Positions 25,404 to 39,171 of a stretch of DNA of 64,000 nt are shown here, piece by piece. The DNA lies in the NCBI GenBank assembly GCA_964016885.1, contig OZ024758.1, positions 28,830,001 through 28,894,000 of the forward strand, in the 5' to 3' direction. The translations under genes and the position numbers were made by a program. Origin of the DNA: Eledone cirrhosa. Lineage: Eukaryota. The stretch's first letter is position 1. Each line of letters opens with the position of its first letter. Under the pieces are notes generated by a model. That model saw only the letters and a program-made list of their open reading frames with translations. It ran no database searches and had not been told where the DNA came from.

Positions 25404-25837
25404 CAGAGGTCCCTAAACCATGCATTGTGGCACACTCATGCACCACAAGATGTAACTAGATGCGCTGCGAAAGACTAAGATTAAGTTTTAAGATGAGAAA
25501 AATACAAACTGAAATTTTATTACATTCTAGCTTTTCCATCTCCCTTCCCTATAGCTTCCCCTTCTTACCTTTCCCTGAACTTCATGCACTACGGAAAAAC
25601 TACACCATCCACTATACAAACAGAAATTTGTATGAAAGTTCCTATATATCTGTCAAAGTAGTAAACAAGTAAACTTTAGTAACAAGATTTGTGAAAAATA
25701 CCACAATCTGTCAAGTGTGTTAAGAATGAGAGGTGGTCTTTTGAATAAATCTTTGTATTTATGGTACAAAGTGCATCAGTATATTTTTGACTTTTTCAAA
25801 AATGCTCCATGAGTAAAAACATGTTTGGGAACCATTG
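25404..25837. mobile_element. hAT-like non-autonomous DNA element
   Basis: Imperfect TIRs cagaggtccctaaac / gtttgggaaccattg; similar 8-mers flank it (ttctaagt / ctctaatt). Confidence 0.5.
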
Positions 25838-26104
25838 CTCTAATTAAACTATGAAGTTTCAGGAAGTTCTTCTAAGATTTGGAACATATTCCTGGCAGCT
25901 GATAACTATTGCTATGCACCAACACTTATTTCAACACACTATATAGCAAACATATTCAGCAACTATCACACATTAAACAAAGCCTTAAACTAATAAATAC
26001 AACCAAGACATCCTCTGAAAATATTCAAAAACTATATTGGTTTATAAAGAAAATATAGAACTACAGCAAAAGATGTTGATAAGGTTTGTTATCAGTGTTT
26101 GACT

Positions 26105-27442
26105 TGGTGTGTATATTTCAGTGTGTCTATGTGTGTGTATATGTGTGTGTGTCTATGTGTGTGTATTTGTGTGTGTATTTGTGTGTGTATTTGTGTGTGT
26201 ATATGTGTGTGTATATATGTGTGTCTATGTGTGTCTATGTGTGTGTGTGTATATGTGTGTGTATTTGTGTGTGTATTTGTGTGTGTATTTGTGCATGTAT
26301 TTGTGTGTGTATATGTGTGTCTATATATGTGTGTCTATGTGTGTGTATGTGTGTGTGTGTATATGTGTGTGTATTTGCGTGTCTGACACACAAATACAAA
26401 CACACACATACACACAGAAGCAAGAACATACCCATGCACACAATAACATGCACATGCACACACACATACACGCAAAAACATACAACCACCACCATCACCA
26501 CATACACAGACTCACACACACCACACCACACCACCACACCACCACACCACACAACCACACCACACCACCGCACCATCACCACACCACCACCACCACACCA
26601 CCACACCACCACACCACCACACCACCACCACACCACACACACCACCACACCACCACCACATCACCACCACCACCACCACCACCACCACCACCACCACACC
26701 ACACCACCACACCACCACCACCACACCACCACACCACCACCACCAACACCACACGACCACCACCACACCACCACCACCACCACACAACACCACCACACCA
26801 GACACCACACCACCACCACCACCTCCACACCACACCACCACACACCATACCACCACACCACACACACCACACCACACCACCACCATACCACATCACCACC
26901 ACCACCACACCACACACCACACCAGCACACCACCACACCACACCACCACCATACCACATCACCACCACCACCACACCACACCACCACACCACACACCACA
27001 CACACCACACCACCACACCACACCACCACCATATCATATCACCACACCACACACACCACACCACCACACCACACACCACACCACACACCACACCACCACA
27101 CCACAACACCACAACACCACCATATCACATCACCACACCACACACACCACACCACCACCATACCACATCACCACCACCACCACCACACCACACCACCACC
27201 ATATCACATCACCACACCACACACACCACACCACCACCATACCACATCACCACCACCACCACCACACCACACCACCACACCACACACCACACCACACACC
27301 ACACCACCACACCACAACACCACACCACCACCATATCACATCACCACATCACACACACCACACCACCACCACACCACACCACCACACCACACCACCACAC
27401 CACACCGCCACCATATCACACCACCACACCACATCACCACCA
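26105..27442. repeat. TG-rich then CAC/CA-rich low-complexity tract
   Basis: Direct inspection. Confidence 0.95.
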
Positions 27443-27443
27443 A

Positions 27444-27714
27444 TTAAGCCAGTAGACTCTCAGATATGACCCAACAATGTCTACCCCAGTTAAGCCAGTA
27501 GACTCTCAGATATGACCCAACAATGTCTACTCCAGTTAAGCCAGTAGACTCTCAGATATGACCCAATAATGTCTACTCCAGTTAAGCCAGTAGACTCTCA
27601 GATATGACCCAACAATGTCTACCCCAGTTAAGCCAGTAGACTCTCAGATATGACCCAACAATGTCTACTCCAGTTAAGCCAGTAGACTCTCAGATATGAC
27701 CCAATAATGTCTAC
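27444..27714. repeat. 46-bp tandem repeat, ~6 copies
   Basis: Unit ttaagccagtagactctcagatatgacccaacaatgtctacYccag. Confidence 0.95.
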
Positions 27715-27739
27715 AATAGTTACAGGTAATCTATACACA

Positions 27740-30700
27740 ATAGACGTACAGTGACTCATTCTCTGCCTTGAACATTGTTGGACTCATTCACTGCCACAGA
27801 CCTGGGCTCCACTGCCCGCAATGAGAGGAAGATAGTCAAATACCAAGGCCTGACTGATCACTTCCTCTTTGCCCTGGTCTCACTTGAGACATCTGGTGTC
27901 CTTGGTCCCAACATTCACTTTGCCCCAGTCTCACTCGCGACATCTGCTGTCCTTGGTCCCTACATTCACTTTGCCCTGGTCTCAGTCGAGACATCTGGTG
28001 TCCTTGGTCCCTACATTTACTTTTCCCTGGTCTCACTCAAGACATCTGGTGTCCTTGGTCCCTACATTCACTTTGCCCTGGTCTCACTCGAGGCATCTGC
28101 TGTCCTTGGTCCCTACATTTACTTTGCCCTGGTCTCAGTCGAGACATCTGGTGTCCTTGGTCCCAACATTCACTTTGCCCCAGTCTCACTCGAGACATCT
28201 GCTGTCCTTGGTCCCTACATTCACTTTGCCCCAGTCTCACTCGAGACATCTGGTGTCCTTGGTCCCTACATTCACTTTTCCCCAGTCTCACTCGAGACAT
28301 CTGGTGTCCTTGGTCCCTACATTCACTTTGCCCTGGTTTCACTCGAGACATCTGGTGTCCTTGGACCCTACATTCACTTTGTCCTGGTCTCACTCGAGAC
28401 ATCTGGTTTCCTTGGTCCCTACATTTACTTTGCCCTGGTCTCAGTCGAGACATCTGGTATCCTTGGTCCCCACATTCACTTTGCCCCGGTCTCAGTCGAG
28501 ACATCTGGTATCCTTGGTCCCTACATTCACTTTGCCCCAGTCTCACTCGAGACATCTGGTGTCCTTGGTCCCTACATTTACGTTGCCCTGGTCTCAGTCG
28601 AGACATCTGGTGTCCTTGGTCCCTACATTTACTTTTCCCTGGTCTCACTCGAGACATCTGGTGTCCTTGGTCCCTACATTCACTTTAGCCTGGTCTCACT
28701 CGAGGCATCTGCTGTCCTTGGTCCCTACATTTACTTTGCCCTGGTCTCAGTCGAGACATCTGGTGTCCTTGGTCCCAACATTCACTTTGCCCCAGTCTCA
28801 CTCGCGACATCTGCTGTCCTTGGTCCCTACATTCACTTTGCCCCAGTCTCACTCGAGACATCTGGTGTCCTTGGTCCCTACATTCACTTTTCCCCAGTCT
28901 CACTCGAGACATCTGCTGTCCTTGGTCCCTACATTCACTTTGCCCCAGTCTCACTCGAGACATCTGGTGTCCTTGGTCCCTACATTCACTTTGCCCCAGT
29001 CTCACTTGAGACATCTGGTGTCCTTCGTCCCTACATTCACTTTGCCCCAGTCTCACTCGAGACATCTGGTGTCCTTGGTCCTAACATTCACTTTGCCCCA
29101 GTCTCACTCGAGACATCTGCTGTCCTTGGTCCCTACATTTACTTTGCCCTAGTCTCACTCGAGACATCTGGTGTCCTTAGTCCCTACATTCACTTTGCCC
29201 TGGTCTCAGTCGAGACATCTGCTGTCCTTGGTCCCTACATTCACTTTGCCCTGGTCTCGGTCAAGACATCTGGTGTCCTTGGTCCCTACATTCACTTTGC
29301 CCCAGTTTCACTCGAGACATCTGCTGTCCTTGGTCCCTACATTTACTTTGCCCTGGTCTCGGTCAAGACATCTGGTGTCCTTGGTCCCTACATTCACTTT
29401 GCCCCAGTTTCACTCGAGACATCTGGTGTCCTTGGTCCCTACATTCACTAAGCCCCAGTCTCACTCGAGACATCTGGTGTCCTTGGTCCCTACATTCACT
29501 TTGCCCCAGTCTCACTCGAGACATCTGCTGTCCTGGGTCCCTACATTCACTTTGCCCTGGTCTCAGTCGAGACATCTGGTGTCCTTGGTCCCAACATTCA
29601 CTTTGTCCCAGTCTCACTCGAGACATCTGCTTCCTTGGTCCCTACATTTACTTTGCCCTGGTCTCAGTCGAGACATCTGGTGTCCTTGGTCCCAACATTT
29701 AGTTTGCCCCAGTCTCACTCGAGACATCTGCTGTCCTTGGTCCCTACATTCACTTTGCCCCAGTCTCACTCGAGACATCTGCTGTCCTTGGTCCCTACAT
29801 TCACTTTGCCCCAGTCTCACTCGAGACATCTGGTGTCCTTGGTCCCTACATTCAGTTTGCCCCAGTCTCACTCGAAACATCTGGTGTCCTTGGTCCCTAC
29901 ATTCACTTTGCCCTGGTCTCACTCGAGACATCTGGTGTCCTTGGTCCCTACATTCACTTTTCCCCAGTCTCACTCAAGACATCTGGTGTCCTTGGTCCCT
30001 ACATTCACTTTGCCCCAGTCTCACTTGAGACATCTGGTGTCCTTGGTCCCTACATTCACTTTTCCCCAGTCTCACTCGAGACATCTGGTGTCCTTGGTCC
30101 CTACATTCACTTTGCCCTGGTCTCAGTCGAGACATCTGGTGTCCTTGGTCCCTACATTCACTTTGCCCCAGTCTCACTTGAGACATCTGGTGTCCTTGGT
30201 CCCTAGATTCCCTTTGCCCCAGTCTAACTCGAGACATCTGGTGTCCTTGGTCCCTACATTCACTTTGCCCCAGTCTCACTTGAGACATCTGGTGTCCTTG
30301 GTCCCTACATTCACTTTGCCCCAGTCTCACTCGAGACATCTGGTGTCCTTGGTCCCTACATTCACTTTGCCCCAGTCTCACTTGAGACATCTGGTGTCCT
30401 TGGTCCCTACATTCACTTTGCCCCAGTCTCACTTGAGACATCTGGTGTCCTTGGTCCCTACATTCACTTTGTCCCAGTCTCACTCGAGACATCTGGTGTC
30501 CTTGGTCCCTACATTCACTTTGCTCTGGTCTCACTTGAGACATCTGGTGTGCTTGGTCCCTACATTCACTTTGCCCTGGTCTCACTCGAGACATCTGGGG
30601 GCCTTGGTCCCTACATTCACTTTGCCCCAGCCTCACTCGAGACATCTGGTGTCCTTGGTCCCTACATTCACTTTGCCCCAGTCTCACTCGAGACATCTGG

Positions 30701-31190
30701 TGTCCTTGGTCCCTACATTCACTTTGCCCTGGTCTCAGTCGAGACATCTGGTGTCCTTGGTCCCTACATTCACTTTGCCCCAGTCTCAGTCGAGACATCT
30801 GGTGTCCTTGGTCCCTACATTCACTTTGCCCTGGTCTCAGTTGAGACATCTGGTGTCCTTGGTCCCTACATTCACTTTGCCCTGGTCTCACTCGAGACAT
30901 CTGGTGTCCTTGGTCCCTACATTCACTTTGCCCCAATCTCACTTGAGACATCTGGTGTCCTTGGTCCCTACATTCACTTTGCCCTGGTCTCACTCGAGAC
31001 ATCTGGTGTCCTTGGTCCCTACATTCACTTTGCCCCAGTCTCACTCGAGACATCTGGTGTCCTTGGTCCCTACACTGCTGATTTCCTCCATAAAGTCAGA
31101 AAGTTGGGAGCCAGCTTGAGGAGGGAGCTCCATGATGTGAGATGGCTGTTCCAGTGAGTGGCTTTGATCATTCTCCACAATAACCCTTTT
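27740..31190 (+). pseudogene. C-terminal RLE region of a CRE-like non-LTR retrotransposon, split by a 54-bp array
   Basis: Left flank GSTARNERKIVKYQGLTDHFLF, right flank ADFLHKVRKLG..RWLFQ*VALII; together these resemble the AE.RK..KY..L..F.PVAVET.GV.GP...FL..LG...WL.QR motif as I recall it. Confidence 0.65.
27862..31073. repeat. 54-bp minisatellite, ~59 copies (18 codons per unit)
   Basis: Unit cattcactttgccccagtctcactcgagacatctggtgtccttggtcccta-type, translating HFAPVSLETSGVLGPYI. Confidence 0.97.
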
Positions 31191-31369
31191 TTCCATTTTG
31201 TCTGCAGGGCACTGTTGAGGTACCATTCAAACTGGAGTGGGGTCTATATCCTTCCTCTTCTCCCTTTCTTTTCTTGCTTGATTCCTTTTTTTCTTTTTCT
31301 TCATTTCATTTCATTTTTTTCTTCCTTTTTTTGTTCCCTTAAAAATAAAAGAAAATGGAATTAATACCA

Positions 31370-32672
31370 CACTATATAGTATATATTTTATAGTATATAA
31401 TATATAGTATATAATATATAGTACATAATATATAGTATATATTATATACTATATATTATATAGTATATATTATATAGTATATATTATATAGTATATAATA
31501 TATAGTATATATTATATACTATATATTATATAGTATAGAATATATAGTATATAATATATACTATATATTATATAGAATATATAGTATATAATATATACTA
31601 TATATTATATAGTATATATTATATAGTATATAATATATAGTATATATTATATACTATATATTATATAGTATATATTATATAGTATATAATATATAGTATA
31701 TAATATATACTATATATTATATAGTATATATTATATATTATATATTATATACTATATAATATATAATATATAATATATACTATATATTATATATTATATA
31801 CTATATAATATATAGTATATATTATATATTACATAGTATATAATATATAGTATCGCCGAGGTTGACTTTGCCTTTCATCCTTACAGGGTCGATAAAATAA
31901 AGTACCAGTAATGCACTGGGTAATTGCTGGCCTTGTGCCTAAAGTAGAAACAATTATATATTATATAGTATATAATATATACTATATATTAGTTATTATA
32001 TAGTATATAATATATATTATATATTATATAGTATACAATATATACTATATATTATATACTATATATTATATATTATATACTATATAATATATACTATATA
32101 TTATATACTAGATATTATATACTATATATTAAACACTATATATTATATAGTATATATTATCTAGTATATAATATATACTATATAATATATACTATATATA
32201 TACTGTATATTATATAGTATATAATATATAGTCTATATTATATACTATATAATATATACTATATATTATATAGTATATATTATATACTATATAATATATA
32301 ATATATAGTATATAATATATAGTATATATTATATAGTATATATTATATACTATATATTTTATAGTACATAATATATAGTATATAATATATAGTATATAGT
32401 ATATAATATATACTATATATTATATAGTATATATTATATAGTATATAATATATAGTATATAATATATACTATATATTATATACTATATATTATATACTAT
32501 ATATTATGTACTATATAATATATAGTATATAATATATACTATATAATATATACTATATATTATATACTATATATTATATATTATATAGTATATAATATAT
32601 AGTATATAATATATACTATATATTATATAGTATATAGTATATACTATATAATATATACTATATAGTATATAT
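31370..32672. repeat. AT-rich low-complexity tract (tatagtatataata-like), with a SINE B fragment at 31855-31955
   Basis: Direct inspection; the tract resumes at 34711-35260 after the mariner. Confidence 0.95.
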
Positions 32673-32754
32673 TATCAGGTTGTCTCACATGAAATGTCGT
32701 ATTTGAAATGGAAAGAATAAAATTGTTTTCAAGTGTTTAATTTATTCAAAATAT

Positions 32755-33092
32755 GATCCCTGTGTCTAACACACGTGGACATGCCTACAAGATCAGAAAA
32801 CAGCACAGCTCCCATGACTTTCGTAGACATTTTTTCACGCTCAGAGTTGCTGAAGCATGGAACAAACTGCCTGCGTCAATTGTTAGCTGTCGAGACACTG
32901 CATCCTTTAAGACACTCATGCTTCCCAAAATACGCCAAAACTACACTTGATGTACCCCTTCCATACACATGCACACATGTGTGTATCATGACTCGTGCAC
33001 TGTTCATTTTACTGATGTTTGTGCATTGCCCTATGTACTGTACATGCACTTTTTGATGAGTTGTAGTGCACCTGAGCACTGTACACAATATT

Positions 33093-33134
<42 letters not shown>

Positions 33135-33252
33135 CATGACTCATACACTGTTCATTTTCCTGACATTTGTACATTATTCTATGTACTATACATACACCTT
33201 TGATGAGTTGTAGTGCACCTGAGCACTGTACACAATAATTTCATTATTATTA
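32755..33252 (+). mobile_element. CR1-like LINE 3' end with (ATT)n tail and duplicated 3' UTR, nested in the mariner
   Basis: NTRGHAYKI..RRHFFTLRVAEAWNKLP; UTR end repeated at 33135-33252 and 38400-38455. Confidence 0.85.
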
Positions 33253-33656
33253 TATGACCTTCGCCCAACGTTCCTCTAAGGCACAGGTTCTCAACCCATT
33301 TAGGCCAACCGCCCCCTTTTGTCCCTCGAAATCATGAAACGCCCCCCCCCCCCCCGCCACCCTATTTTTTCACTTTTTCAATATAGTACTGATTTTTATA
33401 TCAGTAGATTACTAAAAAATTGATTAACAATATTCCAAACATGTGTGTATCATCTGATTATGTGTTGTATGTGGTCCTAGATGTGTGTTCTACTCGCTTC
33501 TGTTTTTTTCTTTTCTTGTTTTTATTTGTAATATTATTTATACAATAGGGAATAAAATAGATCTCCATAGTGTTAACTCGTTACGGTTATTGAGTCAATA
33601 ATTTCAGACAAGATTCTAACTGTCTGTGCTCAAAGTGTCTTTAACCCAGTTGACTG

Positions 33657-33825
33657 TGGGTTTTTCCATTTTTAGGATCTCAATTACCGGACATGCCTGC
33701 ACACCTGCTCACAGCTGCAGACAGCATAACTATAGTCTGACCGCAGCTGTGAGCAGTTGTGCAGGCATGTCCAGTAATTGAGACGTTAACCGGTAATTGA
33801 GATCCTAAAAAATGGAAAAAACCCA
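33657..33825. mobile_element. Fold-back mini element
   Basis: ~33-bp outer inverted repeat plus a ~40-bp inner inverted repeat. Confidence 0.65.
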
Positions 33826-34578
33826 GCTTGAGAGGTGTGAGGCCATGCATTATCATGGAGCAAAATTGGGCCATCTCTATTCACTAGTCTGGGATGCTCC
33901 TTCTTCAATATTTCATGTATACGATCAATTTCCTGACAATATGATGTTGCTGTTACAGTATTGCCTTGTTGCAAAGATGAATAATGAATAATCCCCTTTG
34001 CAGACCACCATACAGTGACCATCAACTTCTTAGGGTGCAATGGTGGTTTTGGGTAGTGTTTCGGTGACTCTTCTGCATCTAACCACTGTCCAGTCCTTCT
34101 GCTGTTATCGAACAGTATCCATTTCTCATCACACATAATGAGTCGATGCAAATATGGATCTCTTTCGAGCCGAGAAACCAACATTGAGCACACTGTAAGG
34201 CGCCTGTTTCTTTGAATCTCATTAAGTTGATGTGGAACAAACCTGTCCATCTTTTTGACTTTTCCAATTTTCTTCAGGTGCCGAGAAACAGTTGAGAGCT
34301 CAGATGAGATTTTTTGAACTGTTGTTCTCGGATTTTGTTTAACCAAAGCATTCAATTCATCATGGCGAATTACTGATATGGGTCTCCCTCTTGGTTCATT
34401 TTTAAGGCTCTCATTTCCTGAACGAAATCTTTGAAACCATCTCTGGACAGTTCTGGTGTCAACAGAATCGTTACTAAAAGCTCGCTTAATGTTTTGTAGG
34501 GCTTCTGAGGCCGAGTGACCCAGCTGGTATTCATACAAGAAAACCATTCGGTATTGTTCAGTTGTCAACATTGTCATA
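33826..34578 (-). pseudogene. Mariner transposase, truncated after HDNA
   Basis: HTH region TVQRWFQRFRSG, FVPHQL (WVPHEL-like), CDEKW, LLHDNAWPH; YSPDLAP.D absent; the terminal YFE* survives at ~32738-32749. Confidence 0.9.
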
Positions 34579-35304
34579 GGATTGTGGGTAGCGATTTTGA
34601 ATGGTAATATTGTCTGGAATAAAAGGTAGTTAAGATACACATAATCGACCTTATAAATGGCTGATAAAGAAACTTATTAAAAATACGACATTTCATGTGA
34701 GACAACCTAATATATAGTATATATTATATACTATATATTATATACTATATAATATATACTATATAATATATACTATATAATATATAGTATATATACTATA
34801 TAATATATAGTATATATTATATACTATATAATATATAGTATATAATATATAGTATATATTATATACTATATAATATATACTATATATTATATAATATATA
34901 TTATATAGTATATATTATATACTATATATTATATACTATATAATATATAGTATATATTATATACTATATAATATATACTATATATTATATAATATATATT
35001 TTATAGTATATATTATACACTATATAATATATACTATATATTATATAATATATATTTTATAGTATATCATCATTTTACGTCTGCTTTTCCCTGCTTGCAA
35101 GGGTGGAGTATATATTATATAGTATATATTATATGCTATATATTCTATACTATATATCAAATAGTATATATTATACTATATAATATATACTATATATATA
35201 TTATATACTATAAATATTATATACTATATATATAGTATATATTATATACTATAATATATACTGTATAATAATTTTCAAATATTTTTTTTAATAATGAAGA
35301 ATTT

Positions 35305-37692
35305 AGAGTGTGGACTGGGTGCTTTTTGTTGTGACACCTACACCACCACTTTACAGTGTGGACTGGGTGCTTTTGTTGACACTTACACCACCACTTTACA
35401 GTGTGGACTGGGTGCTTTTTGTTGTGACACCTACACGACCACTTTACAGTGTGGACTGGGTGCTTTTTGTTGTGACACCTACACAACCACTTTACAGTGT
35501 GGGCTGGGTGCTTTTTGTTGTGACACCTACTTGACCACTTTACAGTGTGGACTGGGAGCTTTTTGTCATGACACCTACATGACCACTTTACAGTGTGGAC
35601 TGGGTGCTTTTTGTTGTGACACCTACACGACCACTTTACAGTGTGGACTGGGTGCTTTTTGTTGACACCTACACCACCACTTTACAGTGTGGACTGGGTG
35701 CTTTTTGTTGTGACACCTACACCACCACTTTACAGTGTGGACTGGGTGCTTTTTGTTGTGACACCTACACGACCACTTTACGGTGTGGACTGGGTGCTTT
35801 TTGTTGTGACACCTACACAACCACTTTACGGTGTGGGCTGGGTGCTTTTTGTTGTGACACCTACACGACCACTTTACAGTGTGGACTGGGTGCTTTTTGT
35901 TGTGACACCTACATGACCACTTTACGGTGTGGGCTGGGTGCTTTTTGTTGTGACACCTACACGACCACTTTACAGTGTGGACTGGGTGCTTTTTGTTGTG
36001 ACACCTACACGACCACTTTACAGTGTGGACTGGGTGCTTTTTGTTGACACCTACACCACCACTTTACAGTGTGGACTGGGTGCTTTTTGTTGTGACACCT
36101 ACACCACCACTTTACAGTGTGGACTGGGTGCTTTTTGTTGTGACACCTACACGACCACTTTACAGTGTGGACTGGGTGCTTTTTGTTGACACCTACACCA
36201 CCACTTTACAGTGTGGACTGGGTGCTTTTTGTTGTGACACCTACACCACCACTTTACAGTGTGGACTGGGTGCTTTTTGTTGTGACACCTACACGACCAC
36301 TTTACAGTGTGGACTGGGTGCTTTTTGTTGTGACACCTACACGACCACTTTACAGTGTGGACTGGGTGCTTTTTATTGACACCTACACCACCACTTTACA
36401 GTGTGGACTGGGTGCTTTTTGTTGTGACACCTACACCACCACTTTACAGTGTGGACTGGGTGCTTTTTGTTGTGACACCTACACGACCACTTTACAGTGT
36501 GGACTGGGTGCTTTTTGTCATGACACCTACACCACCACTTTACAGTGTGGACTGGGTGCTTTTTGTCATGACACCTACACGACCACTTTACAGTGTGGAC
36601 TGGGTGCTTTTTGTTGTGACACCTACACGACCACTTTACAGTGTGGACTGGGTGCTTTTGTTGACACCTACACGACCACTTTACAGTGTGGACTGGGTGC
36701 TTTTTGTTGACACCTACACGACCACTTTACAGTGTGGACTGGGTGCTTTTGTTGACACCTACACCACCACTTTGCAGTGTGGACTGGGTGCTTTTGTTGA
36801 CACCTACACCACCACTTTACAGAGTGGAGTGGGTGCTTTTTGTTGTGACACCTACACCACCACTTTACAGTGTGGGCTGGGTGCTTTTTGTCATGACACC
36901 TACACAACCACTTCACAGTGTGGACTGGGTGCTTTTTGTTGTGACCTACACCACCACTTTACAGTGTGGACTGGGTGCTTTTTGTTGTGACACCTACACG
37001 ACCACTTTACAGTGTGGACTGGGTGCTTTTTGTTGTGACACCTACACCACCACTTTACAGTGTGGACTGGGTGCTTTTTGTCATGACACCTACACAACCA
37101 CTTCACAGTGTGGACTGGGTGCTTTTTGTTGTGACACCTACACGACCACTTTACAGTGTGGACTGGGTGCTTTTTGTTGTGACACCTACACGACCACTTT
37201 ACAGTGTGGACTGGGTGCTTTTTGTTGTGACACCTACACAACCACTTTACAGTGTGGGCTGGGTGCTTTTTGTTGTGACACCTACACCACCACTTTACAG
37301 TGTGGACTGGGTGCTTTTTGTTGTGACACCTACACGACCACTTTACAGTGTGGACTGGGTGCTTTTTGTTGTGACACCTACACGACCACTTTACAGTGTG
37401 GACTGGGTGCTTTTTGTTGACACCTACACGACCACTTTACAGTGTGGACTGGGTGCTTTTTGTCATGACACCTACACGACCACTTTACAGAGTGGAGTGG
37501 GTGCTTTTTGTCATGACACCTACATGACCACTTTACAGTGTGGACTGGGTGCTTTTTGTCATGACACCTACACCACCACTTTACAGTGTGGACTGGGTGC
37601 TTTTTGTCATGACACCTACACCACCACTTTACAGTGTGGACTGGGTGCTTTTTGTCATGACACCTACACCACTACTTTACAGAGTGGACTGG
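35305..37692. repeat. 48-bp minisatellite (with 45-46-bp variants), ~50 copies, derived from an RTE/SINE 3' module
   Basis: Unit ttacagtgtggactgggtgctttttgttgtgacacctacacgaccact; followed at 37770-37850 by minus-strand RTE sequence like 7260-7330. Confidence 0.96.
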
Positions 37693-38212
37693 AGGCTTCA
37701 TTAGGTGAATACTTCAGCCTGTCCTCATGGGAGATATATGGAAGTGGGTGGGGTGGAGTGGTTCATGCTACATATATGCTTCAGCTTTAGCCGGTGCCTG
37801 TCGGAATTCAGGTCTTCTGTATTACTGCATAACGCCAGAGATCTCAGTCGAGAGGTGCAATTGGGCGAGAATGAAATTTAAACTTATTATGGCTTCAAAC
37901 AAAATCTTTGACATCTGTTTTGACTATATCCATCACCTAAAATTTTCAAAGGGCAATATTTAACAAATCCGTAAAGTAACAAGTTGTACAAAATGGAAAA
38001 GAAGTGTATTGAATAGCTTATATTACTTTAACACATATTTTGTCATGTATGGATGAAGACATATTCAATACCAGTTAGGTTGAACAGTTCATTCAGCCAG
38101 TCTGATAAAACTTGGTTTAACCCTTAAAGTCATGTAATAATTTAGCTGAAAATTATCTAAAAAAGAGGTTTGTTAATTCAAATGTTTATAGTATCTTTAT
38201 TAGGGGACAGAT

Positions 38213-38370
38213 AGGTGGTGAATTGGAAGAGTCATCAGACATCGGATAAACTGCTTTATGGTACTCATTCCAGCTCTCTTCTCTCTGAGTTCAAATCCTG
38301 CCGAAGTCAATTTTGTCTCTCATCTATTTGAGGTTGATTAAAAAAAGTACCAGTCTAGTACTGGGGTCGA
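38213..38370 (+). mobile_element. SINE family B, old copy
   Basis: gagttcaaatcctgccgaagtcaa..aagtaccagtctagtactggggtcga. Confidence 0.65.
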
Positions 38371-39127
38371 TTCTTCCTCTGTACTTCTTTCTCACTTCCT
38401 TTGATGAGTTGTAGTGCACCTGAGTACTGTACACAATAATTTCATTATTATTATTCTCTTGATCCCTCTCTGGAGGGAATCTGCTGTACTAGGGCCCGAG
38501 AGGGATGAACTCCATCAGGCTTAAAATGCCCAAGAAACGCTGTATGCTACTACAGCACCCCATGACTGCAACAGGAGTTACAAGACTATCACAACACTAA
38601 TCATTGTGAAATTTTATAGTAAACGAAAGTAAAGACTTTAACTTGTAATGTGATGCAGTCATAGAGTTGTTTTGCACTCTGCCGGATATTAGGAGATAAG
38701 GAATATTTCATTAGAGCAGAAAATGCATGATAATCTTAATAAAGCCATTAGTGTTTTAGATTCTTTGAAATTTTCCTTGTTGTGATTTGTAATTGAGGGC
38801 AACGCATCCCTAATCTGAGATGCAACACAGTAATACTTTCTACTGTGGCAACCTTTTGAGATTGGTGTCAAGGCCTGGTTTCATCACCTGATAAGCTGAG
38901 TATTACAATCTTACAGTATTACCAGCTGCTCTCTGGTATATTTCTTGTTGGTCTTGTAGTAGAAGAAACATTATATAACAAAATCCTTCTAAATTCTGGA
39001 ATATTTTCAAAATGATTTGAATGTCTTTCATTAGAAATATGGTAATGTAAGGTATTATATACATATCCAGACACATGCCACCCCCTACCCCCTACCCTGG
39101 CCCCCTAAGCCAGTCCTACCCCACTCC

Positions 39128-39166
<39 letters not shown>

Positions 39167-39171
<5 letters not shown>

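Larger units (their letters stand above)
32675..34710 (-). mobile_element. Mariner DNA transposon with intact 30-bp TIRs and nested insertions
   Basis: TIRs tcaggttgtctcacatgaaatgtcgtattt / aaatacgacatttcatgtgagacaacctaa (29/30 match), TA on both sides. Confidence 0.93.

Noticed and set aside
38600-38990. Unique-looking stretch with a 60-aa minus-strand ORF
   Set aside because: No recognisable homology by eye; could be an old TE or an exon, but unsupported.
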